From Vicugna vicugna (lineage: Eukaryota): 64,000 nt of DNA. Below the pieces are notes generated by a model. It was not told the DNA's origin. It saw only the letters and a list, made by a program, of their open reading frames with translations, and searched no databases. The stretch covers positions 3,933,111-3,997,110 of the forward strand of contig MU058824.1 in NCBI GenBank assembly GCA_013265495.1. Direction: 5' to 3'. Below are positions 47,990-61,189 of the stretch, piece after piece (position 1 is the stretch's first letter; every line of letters starts with the position of its first letter). A program made the position numbers and the translations under genes.

Positions 47990-48790
47990 CCCTACGGCTC
48001 CAAGCAGAAGCCGCAGACCTGAGGCCAGGAGGGCCAGACTCCCCGTGGGTGCCCCGGCATGGCAGACCCAGGGCTCCAGACTTCAGCTGCCACGCGGGGT
48101 GGACCTGGCCCCTCTGCAGATTCTCGGCGATGAAATGCCGCCGCCCCCGGGGAGCCGTCTCCAGCCTTCCACGGTGGCTCGGCGGCAGGTTTATCACACT
48201 CGCTGAGAGAAGACATAATCAATTCCCCAGCTGGCACTTTGCGCTGAATACCCACTTTTTCAGCTTGATAGCAGGACTAAATTAGTTATTTAGCAACTAG
48301 GCCCTAATTTAGAGCGAGCGAGAGCCTTGACAAGGATCATTGTTCAAGGCCATCCCCCCTTTGCCTTCAGATAGGAGGCCCACAAATCCCCAGAAGGTGA
48401 TAAATAGACAATTAGAAAATAGATATATTTGGTTAGATCTACAAGGCTCCCCGGTGCTGTCAGGCTCACAATGAAGGGGGCTGGGGTAAATTGGTGGCCA
48501 ATGAACGCCAGCTGCACGGCCATCCGTCCTGCAGACACTCAGCCATATGTGGCCATTTACAGGCCGTCCTGAAGAATAGATCGGACCAATAAGACCAGAG
48601 GGAACGAAAAATACTTGACAAAGTTGGCTGCTCTTCATTTAACAAGAATAAAATATCTAATGGGGTGTAATGGAGGCCATCAATCACCTGCTGCCAGACC
48701 CAGTTGTAATACCACACTTTTAACTATTAATGCAACTTTTTTCTTCTCTAATAAGTGGGACAGGCACATCCGCTTTGTATACAGGGTGGA
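47990..48790. promoter_or_regulatory. Strong candidate conserved developmental enhancer
   Basis: CpG-rich 47990-48200, then ~600 repeat-free bp with PBX-HOX CCATCAATCA (48677-48686), CTGTCA, SOX CATTGTT (48338), E-boxes CAGCTG/CATATG/CACCTG and many TAAT cores. Confidence 0.55.
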
Positions 48791-48869
48791 TGTTTGGGGA
48801 GTGGAGATGAATGGGAGATGCTGGAGAGCTGTGGCAGAGGATGAATTTCAGCTTAAAAATAGAAAGAAT

Positions 48870-49500
48870 GGTGGGATGGGAAAGTGGGGCAGTCACTGTG
48901 GAAAACAGCATGGCGGTTCCTCCAAAAGTTAAACATAGAACCACCACATGATCCAGCAATTCCACTCCTAGGTATAAACCCAAAAGAACTGAAAGCGGGG
49001 ACTCTAAGATACCTGTACACCAATGCTCACAGTAGCATTACTTATAATAGCCAAAAGGTGGAAGCAACCAAGGGTCCATCAATGATTGAATGGATAAACA
49101 AAATGTGATGTATACATACAATGGAATATTATTCAGCCTTTAAAAGGATGGAAATCCTAACACATGCTACAACATGTATAACCCTTGAAGATATTATGCT
49201 AAGTGAAATAAACCAGACACAAAAGGACAAATATTGTATGATTCCTCTTATATCAAGTACCTAGAATAAGCAAATTCATAGAGACAGAAAGTAGATTGGT
49301 AGTTGCCAGGGGCTGGAGAGAAGGGGGATTGTGGGGTTATTATTTAATGTACAGAGTTTCTGTGTGGGATGATGAAAGAGTCCAGAATTAGCTAGAGGTG
49401 ATAGCTGTACAACATTGAATGTATAGAATGCCACTGAATTTTATACTTAAAAATGATGAAAATGGTAAATTTTATGTTATGTATATTTTATCACAATTTT
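48870..49500 (+). mobile_element. L1 3' end (L1MB-like)
   Basis: cagtcactgtggaaaacagcatggcggttcctccaaaagttaaacatagaa...gatccagcaattccactcctaggtata...ttatgttatgtatattttatcacaat; imperfect TSD aaaatagaaag / aaataggaaag. Confidence 0.95.
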
Positions 49501-50574
49501 TTCTAATTATAAATAGGAAAGGCAGAACAGGCAAAACATTCCAATTTGCCTTAAGAACAGAAAAATCTTGTGAATTCAGTTAACCTAGTTTTTTTTAAGT
49601 CACCGCAGAAGACTGATCTTCTCTTGGCAAGTTGTGTTGGGATATCAGCTTCCTTGTCAACAGATGATAGATAACAAGCCTTGACCCCTCTATCTCCCAG
49701 AGCTATTGTGAGGACCAAATGAGATGAATGGGACATGAGATGAGCATCCTTTGTAAACTTTTAAGCACACTTGTCTAATGTGTCAGTCCACACCTGCTTC
49801 CCGTACAGCTAATAAACACTTCAGGAAACCTACTAAAGTTACTTCATCCATATGGACTGAGACATCAATCTGAAAGATCCCTTGGATGGGAAAGTCAGGC
49901 CCCCACAGATGGAGACCAGACCCTGTCCTCAACCCACCACCCACTTCGGGAGGCTCTCCCTTGGCCACTGCTGGTTTCATGCATTATTCAGTCACCAGAG
50001 TCACCCTACAAATGGCCCTGATGGTGTCCTTCACACAGTCTGCGAGTGTTTCCAGGTAGGGCAGACAAGGAACAAGAAGCAGAATGACTTTGAACACACC
50101 TGCAGAGCGCAGATGAGCCAGGTGCTATGGCAGCATGGGGCTGAGTGTTCTTCACAGGGAAGGTAGGAGAGGTCTGGGCACTGGAGGGGATGATGACGGC
50201 TGCAGGACAATGGCCATCAGGTTTCATGATGATGCCTGTGGTTTGGGCTTTTGTTGTCTTTTTATAACACCCCCACCCCGCCACCAGAATGCATGTTTTG
50301 GGTTTATTAAAAAGACTCCTTCTTTTAAAAGCTGAAATGCTATTAAAGCACATTTATGCCTTTTAACTCATTTGATCATCAAAACCACCTCATGCATAAA
50401 TAGACTGAACGTTTCCTTCTCCTGAATCTGGCATGCTCTGCTTGTGTCCTAGTTCACCAAGTCTGAATTCAACTCAGTCCCTGTGCTCACTGTTTAATAT
50501 ACACCCATGAACCCAGATGCCTTTTCTTTTTCCATCTGACGCATGCTCAATAATTCATTCATTTAGCAAATTAT

Positions 50575-51060
50575 ACTAGTTAGAATTCACAAGAAGCAGA
50601 AAATCAACTCAAAGGGGCTTAAGCAAGAAAGAGGAAGTTAGTGTAAGGATTATAGAGACTCTCATGAAACCCAAGAACAGGAATGTGGCTGGGTCCCAGG
50701 GGCAAAACCCAGAAACTCAGTCTTGGTCAGTACACTTTTCATCTCCCTTCTCTGGCTAGGTATATGACTTCTTCTCTCTCAGTCTCCCTCTCTTTCTCCC
50801 CATGTCAGTCTTTTCCAATTCTCTGGTTCAAAGAGAAGGAAATATGGTCACCAACAGTTCCAGAGCTTCATCTCTTATGTTTTTAACCACTAGGAAGAAA
50901 GAAAGCTAGCCTTTCTTCTATCCGAAATCTTAAAAGCACCAGGAGGGGTCTTACTGGCCAGGTACCCATTCCTGGGCCAATCGTCAATGGGAACCATCTT
51001 ATGAATAGAATGGGAGGTATGGAGCAATCCTAGAAGAGGTTGGGGGATTAGTGCTGAGAA
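50575..51060 (-). mobile_element. MaLR MLT1 LTR (old subfamily)
   Basis: gcagaaaatcaactcaaaggggcttaagcaagaaagagg and tactggccaggtacccattcctgggccaatc. Confidence 0.65.
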
Positions 51061-51109
51061 ACAAAACACAAGGTTTCCATTACACAAACACCTCTACAGT
51101 GCACCATGT

Positions 51110-51500
51110 GTGAGGCATTCATTAATTCAAAAATATGAACTAAGCACCTTAGCACTATGTGCTAGCTACTGTGGCAGGCACTAGAGACAAAACAGTTAAC
51201 AAGAAACTACCCCTGCTCTCAGAGACCTTATGGTCTATTTGGCAAGAGAGATCACACATAATTATACTTGATAATTTACTGCAAATGGGGGGTTTAAAGG
51301 AGGATAGGATATATTTATACAAGATACATATCAAAAATAGATAAGGAAATATATATATATATGTATATATATATACACAATATTTTATATATCTATATCT
51401 ACATATACCTTCCACCCTAGTGTGGATGGATGAGATGCTTTCACTGAGGAAGTGCGATTGAAGCTATGACTGAAGGATGAGTGGCAGTTATCTGGAAACT
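51110..51500 (-). mobile_element. L2 3' fragment containing a TA-rich low-complexity tract (51349-51407)
   Basis: cattcattaattcaaaaatat...actgtggcaggcactagagacaaaacagttaacaaga...ccctgctctc. Confidence 0.7.
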
Positions 51501-51557
51501 ACTAGGCACTCTGGGAAATTTAAGACTCTATCTTCAAGAAACTTCAGTCTAACAGGG

Positions 51558-51770
51558 CAGTGTTTCCTGAAGAGTTCCATAGAACACTGGATGTACTGCA
51601 TATTAATAAGTTTCTGGTTTATAAAAAAGGTTCTCTAGTCAAATACAGTTTGGAAACGCTGAGTTGGACAGTTAAACTATTGTCTTTACTGTAGAACTGA
51701 GAGATTTTTGTATGCCAAATTGCCCTGAGAATCTCCAAAGAGATTCTCTTTTCCAATTAAGACAAACCTT
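51558..51770. mobile_element. hAT-Charlie MITE relic (MER103/MER112-like)
   Basis: Starts cagtgtttcctgaagagttccatagaacact; aaaaaaggttct...gtttggaaacgctg. Confidence 0.5.
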
Positions 51771-51939
51771 TGTAAGTTACATCTTCAAATGCAAGCAAAA
51801 GTGCTCTGACTAAACACCCTATCAATTTATGGAGGGTAAGAGACCTGCCCAAGGACACACAGCTCATTAATGATAGAATCTGGACTCTATTGATCTTCCC
51901 GCTGGTCCTGCCTCTCTCCTATCTTCCTTGCATGATAGA

Positions 51940-52335
51940 GGTTTTAAATGCAAGATAACCACTTCCCCAGCCTCCTTTATAGCTATGAATGGTCATGTAA
52001 CCCATTTCTGCTAATGAAATGTTAGGAGAATTCTGCTTGAAGTCATGTGAAAAAGATTTTGCTCTTGATGTAAAGGGAGATTTAATAGGATGATTTCTCT
52101 CACTGGCCTCCCTTTCTACTTTTGTACTCTACTGACAGAAGACATGGTGCTCTGGGCTGCTGCAGCCATTTTGTGACCATGAGGGGAGACATCACCAACA
52201 CTGTGACTGTAGTAAAGTATAAAGCAGGTGAGCATAGCCAGAGCCCTTGATTCCACTAAGTCTGTGATCATCCACCTCTGGATATACCCACTGTAATGAG
52301 GGAGAGTATTATGTTACTTGCCACCAAAAAATAAA
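51940..52335 (+). mobile_element. MaLR MLT1 LTR
   Basis: cacttccccagcctcc...ggtcatgtaacccatttctgctaatgaaatgt...gctgcagccattttgtgaccatgagg...tgttacttgccaccaaaa. Confidence 0.75.
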
Positions 52336-52344
52336 TAAAATCTT

Positions 52345-52985
52345 ATTAAATCAATTCTCAATCCTGTTCATCCAACTTAGACTTTTAAAACACAGAATGT
52401 CTCCTGTATAACATTATCCCAGTATTATGACACTTAGAATAGGAATACCCAAATTTCATAGAACATATATGTTTTTCAATATAATATTTAATCAAACATT
52501 CATAAAGAAAAAAATTTTAGTTAAAAAATTTATCACAAAACTCATTATGACATTATTAACAAAACAATCCATGAGAAAAGTCTCGAGTTTTTTCCATCTG
52601 TAATTGGTAGGTCATCAGAATCTCATACAAAATTTTGAAAGCACACTGGGAGACTGAAAAAGGAGGTGTGTCTCAGATGCAGCTGGCCCTAAACAGAGCC
52701 TTGTCACTGTGCACAACTGTTAATAGCCCTATTTATCATATAATGACAGGAAGAGATGTTGTAAGCCTTTTTACATCCTAATATGACCATTTGTAACTTA
52801 TATTTAAATGGGCATTTGATTGTGTTTTAGTTATGTTTGAGTAAAATTTGGTTGAAAAGTTTGGGTTGCATGTAATACATTGAATTTTTTGCCCCATTTA
52901 AAATAATGGAAAATTGGATCCCAGTTAGTGTTTGTGTGCAAAATGTCTGGTTTTCAGGAATGGATTACTGAAAGTACAGATGTAG
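52345..52985. mobile_element. Probable TcMar-Tigger relic
   Basis: AT-rich with a Tigger-like right end (cccatttaaaataatgg...ggttttcaggaatggattac); family uncertain. Confidence 0.35.
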
Positions 52986-53108
52986 TAGGAAAACTGAATT
53001 CAAATTGCTTTATAAATGCCTTCACTGAACTACAAATCAATACCTGTCTCGTATTAAGAATCAATATGATAATTGGTTGTACTAAGAGTTTCTGCATCCT
53101 CTGCAGAA

Positions 53109-53323
53109 CAGTGATTACTCATTTGTTCTCCATAAGGTTTCTACTCCACTGATCCACAGGCCTGGCCGTGACTTAAACCTACTTGAGGAGCTTTTAAAAA
53201 ATATAGATGCACATGTCTCACCCTAGACAGATTAAACAGAATCTCTAGAGGCAGGGTTCATGCATCAGTATTTTTTAAACTCCCCAGACAATTATTAAAT
53301 ATACTCAAGTTTGAGAACCACTG
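53109..53323. mobile_element. MER5-type hAT-Charlie MITE
   Basis: gagcttttaaaaaatatagatgc...cagaatctct...aaactccccag...gtttgagaaccactg followed by ctctaga. Confidence 0.85.
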
Positions 53324-53626
53324 CTCTAGACAACAAATCCCTCCAAGAACTTAGGAACAGGAAAACATTGACACTGACAAGATTTATGAAACCCACTAGG
53401 TTCCTTTTTATCTTGGCTATCAGGAAGCTCAGCCAAACTAAGTTATAATAACTCTTTTATCACTGGTTCTTACCTCAGTTAACTCTCTCCTTTCTCCAGA
53501 TGTTCAGATGCTGATTCTTTTATCTTAATTCACTTGTATTACACTAAAATCGCAAATCTTCTGTGTTCTATCACCAGAATCCCATCCACTTTGACTAAGC
53601 ATTGTAGCAAACATAACCACACATGA

Positions 53627-53658
<32 letters not shown>

Positions 53659-53660
53659 AC
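53627..53660 (+). repeat. Interrupted (AC)13AT(AC)3 microsatellite
   Basis: Direct read. Confidence 0.95.
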
Positions 53661-55735
53661 ATGTGTGCCAGGGTTTAGCCTACACCGGGAAGCCACACCT
53701 TGTGCTTTTGACTTAATCTTCCCCCTCTAGAAGTTTGATTGCCTTAAACATGTTCTACAGTGGTTAAAACCTTGACTAATCCAATTTTCTATGAATCAGG
53801 GCTATCAAATATTAATATCAACCTACTTTCTGTGGCTTAAAAAATATTTTACTTTGGGAACAAAATATATGGCCTCATTTATGCCTGAGTTCATCAACCA
53901 GTTAAAATTTTTTTGTGTTGTTCTTTTCATCAGCTCTGACAAAGTGATATGGAATTAGACACCCTGTGAACTGTTTCTTTGCTCTAATGTGTGAGCTGCG
54001 CTTCACTAGAGGGAATAAAATAATCCACTGTCATTTCTGTTTTTATCCTATTCATTTTTGGCAGAGAATTTATTCACTCTTCACTATATAGTTATTTATG
54101 TGCTACAATCTTGCATTTTTGCATTCCCCAGAGAACGCACCATTAAAACTCTTAATGTGACACCTCATATTTTTAGTAGACTAGAAAATAGTTACAATTT
54201 TAATTTAAATTGAAATGACTATGTAATAGCTGGACAAATCAGTTTGAGATCCCCAGAGCTCTTAATTGTAATTCTCCATTGTTTTCTATGCATAAATTTC
54301 TTTTCCAAAGTGCTCATTCTGAAATACTCACTCATTTTTTTTTCAGCTGTTCCATGCTCATTCCGAACTCACTTATTTAATAATTTTCTATGGTTAACAA
54401 CTTCATGATTAAACTTTAATGTTAAATATAAATGGTTGAAATAATAAGCTTATTAGAGTGTTTAGAAAAGAAAGAGGATTGGACATTTAAGGAATCATAA
54501 ATTTTAAGTATCAAGTGTAAGAATAGGAAAGATATTCAGTCTAGCCAAGAACAAAGCAGAGACATAGATTTTGATACTTAATATACATGTACTATATATA
54601 TTATATATAATAGAGAGACATATGGTAGTATGAATGTCTGAGTCTGCTCCAAGCAATGGACAGAGGAGCCTTAAACATGATGGAATTCAGGGCTACACGC
54701 AGCTATGAGAGTATCTTGCCTAACCTACTCATTTTACAAATGAAGAACACAAAATTCGGAAAAGGGAATGATTTTTTTCCCCAAAATCAAGTGATGTCTT
54801 AGCCAAGACCAGGCTAAGACAAGAATCAGAAGTGAACTGAAAGAAGCGGTAAAGGATTCTACTAAAAGTGGTCAGATAGCCTCCTCCAGAATCACCGCAC
54901 TCAACAAAGCAAGAGTCAAACAGAGCAATAAAGGATACTACAGCTTCCCATTTGCTGTGCTAAGGATGTGTTGCACAGCATCTGATTCTTAGTTTAAAAA
55001 CAAAAACAAAAAACAACACCTGCATTCCAGTCACATCAAATTTTATTTTCACTTGGCCTGGCGATGTTGAAAAGGTGCAAATGTCTCCAATAGAAAAACA
55101 GGTGTAATGCCTCTCAGATAAGCCTTGAAGGGTCTGCTCAGCTCCTTTGAACGTTATTAGAAGCAAGAATATCTATTTTTCCCCCTCCATGCCACACTCC
55201 AAACTCCCAGAACACACACACACATACACACACAGATAGGACCTAATGAAAGTTGACTGCTGAGCTGTCCTTCTACCTAATAAAGGAGATTTAAACCACC
55301 TAGAAAAGAGCCTTAAATAAGTTCTGACAGATCTATGGTCCAATGCTGACCCTGACACTAACTGGGCATGTGACTTTGGTCAAGTCCATTGACCACACTG
55401 GTCCTAAATTTCCTTATCTACAAAATGGGAAGGCACACCAAAAGTCCTTCCCTTCCAGCTCTAATGTTCTGTGGCTCCAATTCTATCCTTTAACTCCATC
55501 TTCATGGCCTTTACTTGACATTTACTGAGATGTTCTATAGGCCAGACTCTGTGCTTGGCCCTGGGAATATCAGAGTGATTAAGATATTGTCTCTGCTCTC
55601 CAGAGTCTCAGTCTACTGCAGTGTGACGAACAATACAGAATGTGGGAGTTAGTCAATAGGGGGTTTAAAAGGGTAAGTATGAAGTTTCTGGTGTGTGTAT
55701 TTAAGTGAGTGGTCATGCCACTGTCCAAAATGGAT

Positions 55736-55845
55736 AAAGGGACCTTATAATGTGTTATACAAACCAGGACATCTTTGAGAGTGAAAAGAGGGATTATTAA
55801 TAATTATGCTGGGACAACAGTCTTAAACTGAGACTATCCCAGGCC
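55736..55845 (+). mobile_element. MER94 hAT-Blackjack MITE
   Basis: caaaccaggacatctttgagagtgaaaagagggattattaataattatgctgggacaacag. Confidence 0.8.
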
Positions 55846-58399
55846 TACCTCACAGCAAACCAAATCCAGCTTCTTATTATATCCGTGCTTTTGGTCTTTT
55901 TTATTCCCAATGTGTCCACCCATAAAAGTTCAAATCTCTCTTCCATGTATCTTCAGATGTTTGAAGATGCCTGTCACATCTCTTTCTCAGTCTCATATCC
56001 ATAAAGCCCAGCCACCTCCATTTTTCCTACATTCCTCCTATCACAGCTTCAATCCCCTCATGACCCTGACCCACCTATCTGAATGTAACCATTTCCCATA
56101 GTGAAGTAAGTGTATGTATGTTGTGTGTCTGTGTAAGTGAACAAAAGGAATTTTTTCTAGTTTTCCTTTAAGTAGTTCATTTTTGCAAACATCAGGGAAC
56201 AATTTCCGAGAGGCAGCATGACATATGATGACATAGGAACAAGGTTACCCAGAGCCCAGCACATCAGACAGTCTGGAAAACCCTTAAGTGAAGAATGCTT
56301 GTCTCCATGAAACCTTGATAATTTAAAAGGGACAATGACTATCTGAAGCAGTCAAGGTCTCCATTAAATCCAGCAAAGCTAGGCAACTGGAAGGGGGGGG
56401 CTTCTCATGCAAGGGGACCCTTTGGTCTTTAGCGACATCATTATCTGCGGGTTATTATCATTACTACAAATACTAATACACTTTTATTAAGCACTGGCAA
56501 TGACCCAGGGCAAGTGAGTTTAAGTTCATATTATATCCATTTTCATTATCGAGAGAAAAGAGGAGAGTGAACAAAGGACTATAATGTGAAATTCTAAAGT
56601 AGGAAAAATGAAAAAAGGTTAATTAAAAAAAAAAACCCACAGAGTAAAGAGAAGGGCTCCAACTGTTCGTGGTCAGGAGCCATGATGGATGGTGGATCTT
56701 GTCACCCTGGACTTGTCCCTATGATTTCTTTCCATCTCCCTCTCTCTAAAAAAAGATCCTCCTCTCAGCTAAGGACATAGCGGGGACAGGGCGGGGGTGG
56801 GGAGAAGGCAGCAGACTTATCTCAAGGGCCCCTGAAATTCTACAAATCAATATTTCCTAATTCTAATACCTAGACCAAAACCGAATCAAATTTAACATTT
56901 AAAATCCATTAAAATATAAAAATAAAATAACAATATTAAATCCTGAGAAAAACCCCCTTCCCCAAAGACTTTTTTTACACCTCTGGCACTAAACTATCAA
57001 CGTATACTGCTCTCACCTCTGAGTATACACCCTGGCCTTCTGTATGGTTTACCTTTCTTAGGACAAATGTAAGAAATTTCCCATTAACCACCAAACTTCT
57101 CTGAAAGTCTCCCATGGAATTACATCTTTCTGCTCTATAACTCCATGCTGGTAATTCAAAATATTTTTCTATGCAAATTACTTCTCTCCATCAAGTGAAT
57201 GCCTGAGGCTTTTTAAGTGTATAAACCCGACTGGGAATTCAGAACACCCAGCAGGTCAACAGAATGGACATCCAAGTATAGAGAAAGTGTGTTCTCTAGG
57301 CCAGAGTGTCTTTATATTTATGTCACAAGATGAGGGGTTTGTAACTACTCTGTTGGAGTTACTTATCTTGGCTAAACCTTAATCCATCAATACAGATTAC
57401 ATATCAAACCTCAATATCATATGTGGTGTCAGCTAAGAGGGACCCAGAAAGAGGTTTGTATGCATTTGCACGTATGTGTCATGTATATAGAAATAAACCT
57501 GGAGACAGGCAGTGACTTACCCAAGGTCATACAGCAGAATCAGGTCTACTGAGTTCTCCGAGTGCCTGAGTCCCAGCATCCAGTGCTCTTCCTGCTAAAG
57601 TGCACAGTCTCTCACAGATACTGATACAAAATGCCAGAGCTGGCCTTAAAGAAGTCTTTACAATGCTTCAAAGTAGAAATAAGAGGTCATAGCCAGACCT
57701 TTCTCATATGCTATGAGAAATAGGTGCCTCTTGGAACACTGGCTTAGAATGAAGATCAGGTGGAAAGGAAACACCGGAAAACCCCATGTGTGACCTTTTA
57801 AGCATCTTGTGTTGCCCAGTGTGTTTTCCACTGAGCCCCCTTAGCACCCTGATAATACATTTATTCTTTCCCATATCCCACCTAGCACCAAGCATCAAGT
57901 TCAAACTCAATAAATGTTGACTGAGTAACTGAACTGAATGAAATTAAAAGTGAGTCAAGAATGAATAAACATTCAGCAAATGGCATGGGGTCAACTGGCT
58001 AATCATTTCAGGGCATTAAGTTTGGCAGTGGAAGGACTGGGGATGGGCGTGCATATCAGATTTGTGTTTTGACAAGACCACTCCACATCCAGTCCAGTGA
58101 GGAGGACACTGTGAAGCTTGTCTGCAGTTACTTTGGGCAGACACCGTGCTAAGTTGCATGCATGTTCAAACAATTCTTGCAACCACCCTCTGAGGAGAGC
58201 ATCATTCTCTGTTTTACAGCTGAGACCCTGAAGCTTTCAGAGACTAAGCAACTGCTCAAAGTCTTCCTGCTAGGACGTAACAGGGCTTTAACAGTAACTG
58301 CCATTCCAAACATAATAAATACTTTAACATCTGCCAACAACCCCAACTCTTCCACTTAATGACATACTCCCATCAATGTGGGTGTTACTGTTGTTAGCA

Positions 58400-60535
58400 T
58401 TTCCTTACTTTCTGGCACTACTCATCTTGCATATTTCCTGCCCTAGTCCTAGAATCAGCCATTTCTCCATGTAGCCCTGGCTCCTTTTACTAGAGAAGGG
58501 TATTAGAAACTAAGATCTGATCATTAAGTCTGCTCATTGCTACCAGGGTGTCGTTTAGATCTTCTCAGCTGACAGAACAAAGAAATACATATACAAATAT
58601 GAACTTGAATACATACACAGAGCTATAAGTATATCTATATGTAACCATCTCTGTATTAAGGTAAACACCACATGGATCATTATGGCTTTCTTCCCTTGTT
58701 TATGTGTAAATTTCCATTCCAACAGTGAGAAATCTGGTATCCAACACCCAAAATTCATTTACTTCAGTTCTGGTATATAAGTATCAGGAGTGTTAAATTG
58801 ACTCCTCTGGGAAACAATTTTATCATCTAGAGTAGAGTGCTTACGTGTGGTTCCTTTTGCATTGAGTCTTACACACTTTATTTCCAAAGTTACTTAGATC
58901 AGCACTTTTGCCTCTGCTCCCTTCAGGTTGTGAGGTTGTTACATACACTTGTAATACAGTTAGATTTTCTTGTCAGTATACATTTCTTCCTGGGATATCC
59001 CAACTTCTGTAATGATTTTTTTTTAATTCACATTACAGTAATGCTATAGACTGAAGGTTTTTGTCTGCCCCCCTCCCCAATTCATATGTTGAAACCCAAT
59101 GCCCAGTGTATTGGTATTTGGAGATGGGCGTTTGGAAGGTGATTATGTCATGACTATGGAGCCCTCATGACAAGGATGAGTGCCTTTATAAAAGAGACCC
59201 CAGAGAACTCACTTACTCTTTGCATCATGTGAGGTCACAACGAGAAGACAAGCGTCTCCGAACCAGGAAGCAAGCATCTGCCAGTGTCTTGATCCTGGAC
59301 TTGCCAGCCTCCAGAGCTGTGAGAAATAAATGCTGTTTAAGCCACTTAGTCTATGGTACATTGCTATAGCAGCCTGAACAGATTAAGACAACTAATATTT
59401 ACTTCCTATGTGGTAAAGTTCTGTAGATTTTGACAAATGCATATTATGTATACCCCCTGTATGGTATCACACAGAAGAGTTAATGTAATGATTACTGTAA
59501 TCATACGTAGATGGTCTCCTCAGACTGATTTCTTTCACTTGGCAATATGCATTTAATGTTTCTCCATGTCTTCTCACAGCTTGATTGCTCAGTTCTTCTT
59601 TCTGATGAATAATCTTCCATTGTATGGATGTACCACAGTTTTGTTTATCCAGTCACATACTGAAGGACAATTCTGTGGCTTCCAATTTCTGGCAATTATG
59701 AATAAAGCTGTTACAAACATCCACATGCAGGTTTTTGTGTGGACTTAAATTTTCAGATCAATTGGGTAAAGACTAGGGAGCACAATTACTGGATTATATA
59801 GTGAGATTATATTTAGCTTTGCTAGAAACTGTCATTTCCAAAATGGATGTGCCATTTTACATTTCTACCAGCAGTGAATAAGAGTTCCTGTTGCTCCACA
59901 TCCTTGTTAGTATTTGATATTGTCAGTTTCTTGGATTTTAGTCATTCCAATATACAGTAGTATCTTGTTTTAACTTGAAATTCTCCAGTGATAAATGATG
60001 TTGAGCACCTTGTCATACACTTGTTCGCCATCTGTATATCTTCTTTGATGAAGCATCTATTCAGATTTTTTATTCATTTTTCAAATTGTCTTGTTTTCCT
60101 ATGGTTGACTTTTAAGAATTTTTTTATATTTTGAATACAACTCATTTATCAGGTAGGTGTTTAGCAAATATTTTCTGTGGGTTGTGATTTCACTTTTTTG
60201 ATGGTGTCCTTTGAAGCACAAGTTTTTAATTTTGGTGAAGTCCAAAGTATCTATTTTTCCTCTTGTTGATTGTGATTTTCATATCATATCTAAGCAACCA
60301 TCGTCTAATCCACGGTCACATATAATCCCAGATTTTTTTCTAAGAATTTTTATCATTTTAGCTTTTACATTTGGGTCTCTGCCTCATTTTAAGTTATTTT
60401 TTTTTAATATGGTGTAAAGTAGGAGTGCAACTTCATTTTTGCATGTGGATATCCAGTTATCTAAGCACCATTTGTTGAAAATGCTGTTCTTCCCCAACAA
60501 ATTGTCCTGGCATCTTTGCCAAAAATCAGTTGATC
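58400..60535 (-). mobile_element. L1 (L1MC/L1MD-like) 3' portion, interrupted by an MLT1A LTR
   Basis: ccctagtcctagaatcagccatttctcc 3' UTR motif; ORF2-derived ccattttacatttctaccagcagtgaataagagttcctgttgctccacatcc and catgtggatatccagtt...caccatttgttgaaa. Confidence 0.9.
59042..59390 (+). mobile_element. MaLR MLT1A-type solo LTR
   Basis: TG...CA ends, ccagcctccagagctgtgagaaataaa polyA region, 5 bp TSD agtaa / actaa. Confidence 0.92.
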
Positions 60536-60537
60536 AT

Positions 60538-60808
60538 TGTAATAGGCAGAAGAATGCCTCCCAAAGACATTGCAACCTAGTTCCTAGGGTATATGAATAT
60601 GACATATAACATGTCAAAGGAGAATTAAGCTTGCAGATGAAATTAAAGTTGCCAAATAGCTGCCCTAAAACAGGGAAATAATCCTGCATTATCTGGATGG
60701 GTCCAATGTAACCATCTTTGTTTGAAGCTGGAGGAAGAGGGCCATGAGCTGAGAAATGCAGGCAGCCTCTAGAAATTGGAAAAAGCAAGGAAGTGGCTCC
60801 TACCCTCA
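60538..60808 (+). mobile_element. MaLR MLT1D-like LTR fragment
   Basis: tgtaataggcagaagaatgcctcccaaagac...cttgcagatgaaattaaagt...gcaggcagcctctagaaattggaaaaagcaagga. Confidence 0.85.
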
Positions 60809-61189
60809 AGAAAGGCTTGTAAATATATAATTCTGTAGGCCTGTTATTACCTAATAATCACAGTCATAGAAATAAAGCTCTTTACAATGCATGGAATCAC
60901 TGTGGAACCCAGAAGCTGAAAGTCATTCAATTCTTATTCCCTTAGAAGACTGTATTTTCCTTACTCAGATGAAGACACTTTGAACTTGTTACTTTTGCTA
61001 AAACGAATCACATAACATACTCTATTGTAGTCAATTACAATGTAATAAGACCTGAATTAGTGAAGTTTTCCCATATCTTAACAAGTTTGTATAAGACTGC
61101 TGCTATAAAAAAGCAATTTTTTAATAGTATCATATATAATCATGCTTCCCTATATGGTACAATTTCAGGAGAGAGGTATTACCTCTATT

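Noticed and set aside
48884..49108. 74 aa ORF with WKTAWRFLQKLNIEPPHDPAIPLLGI
   Set aside because: C-terminal remnant of L1 ORF2 in a 5'-truncated L1, not a host gene.
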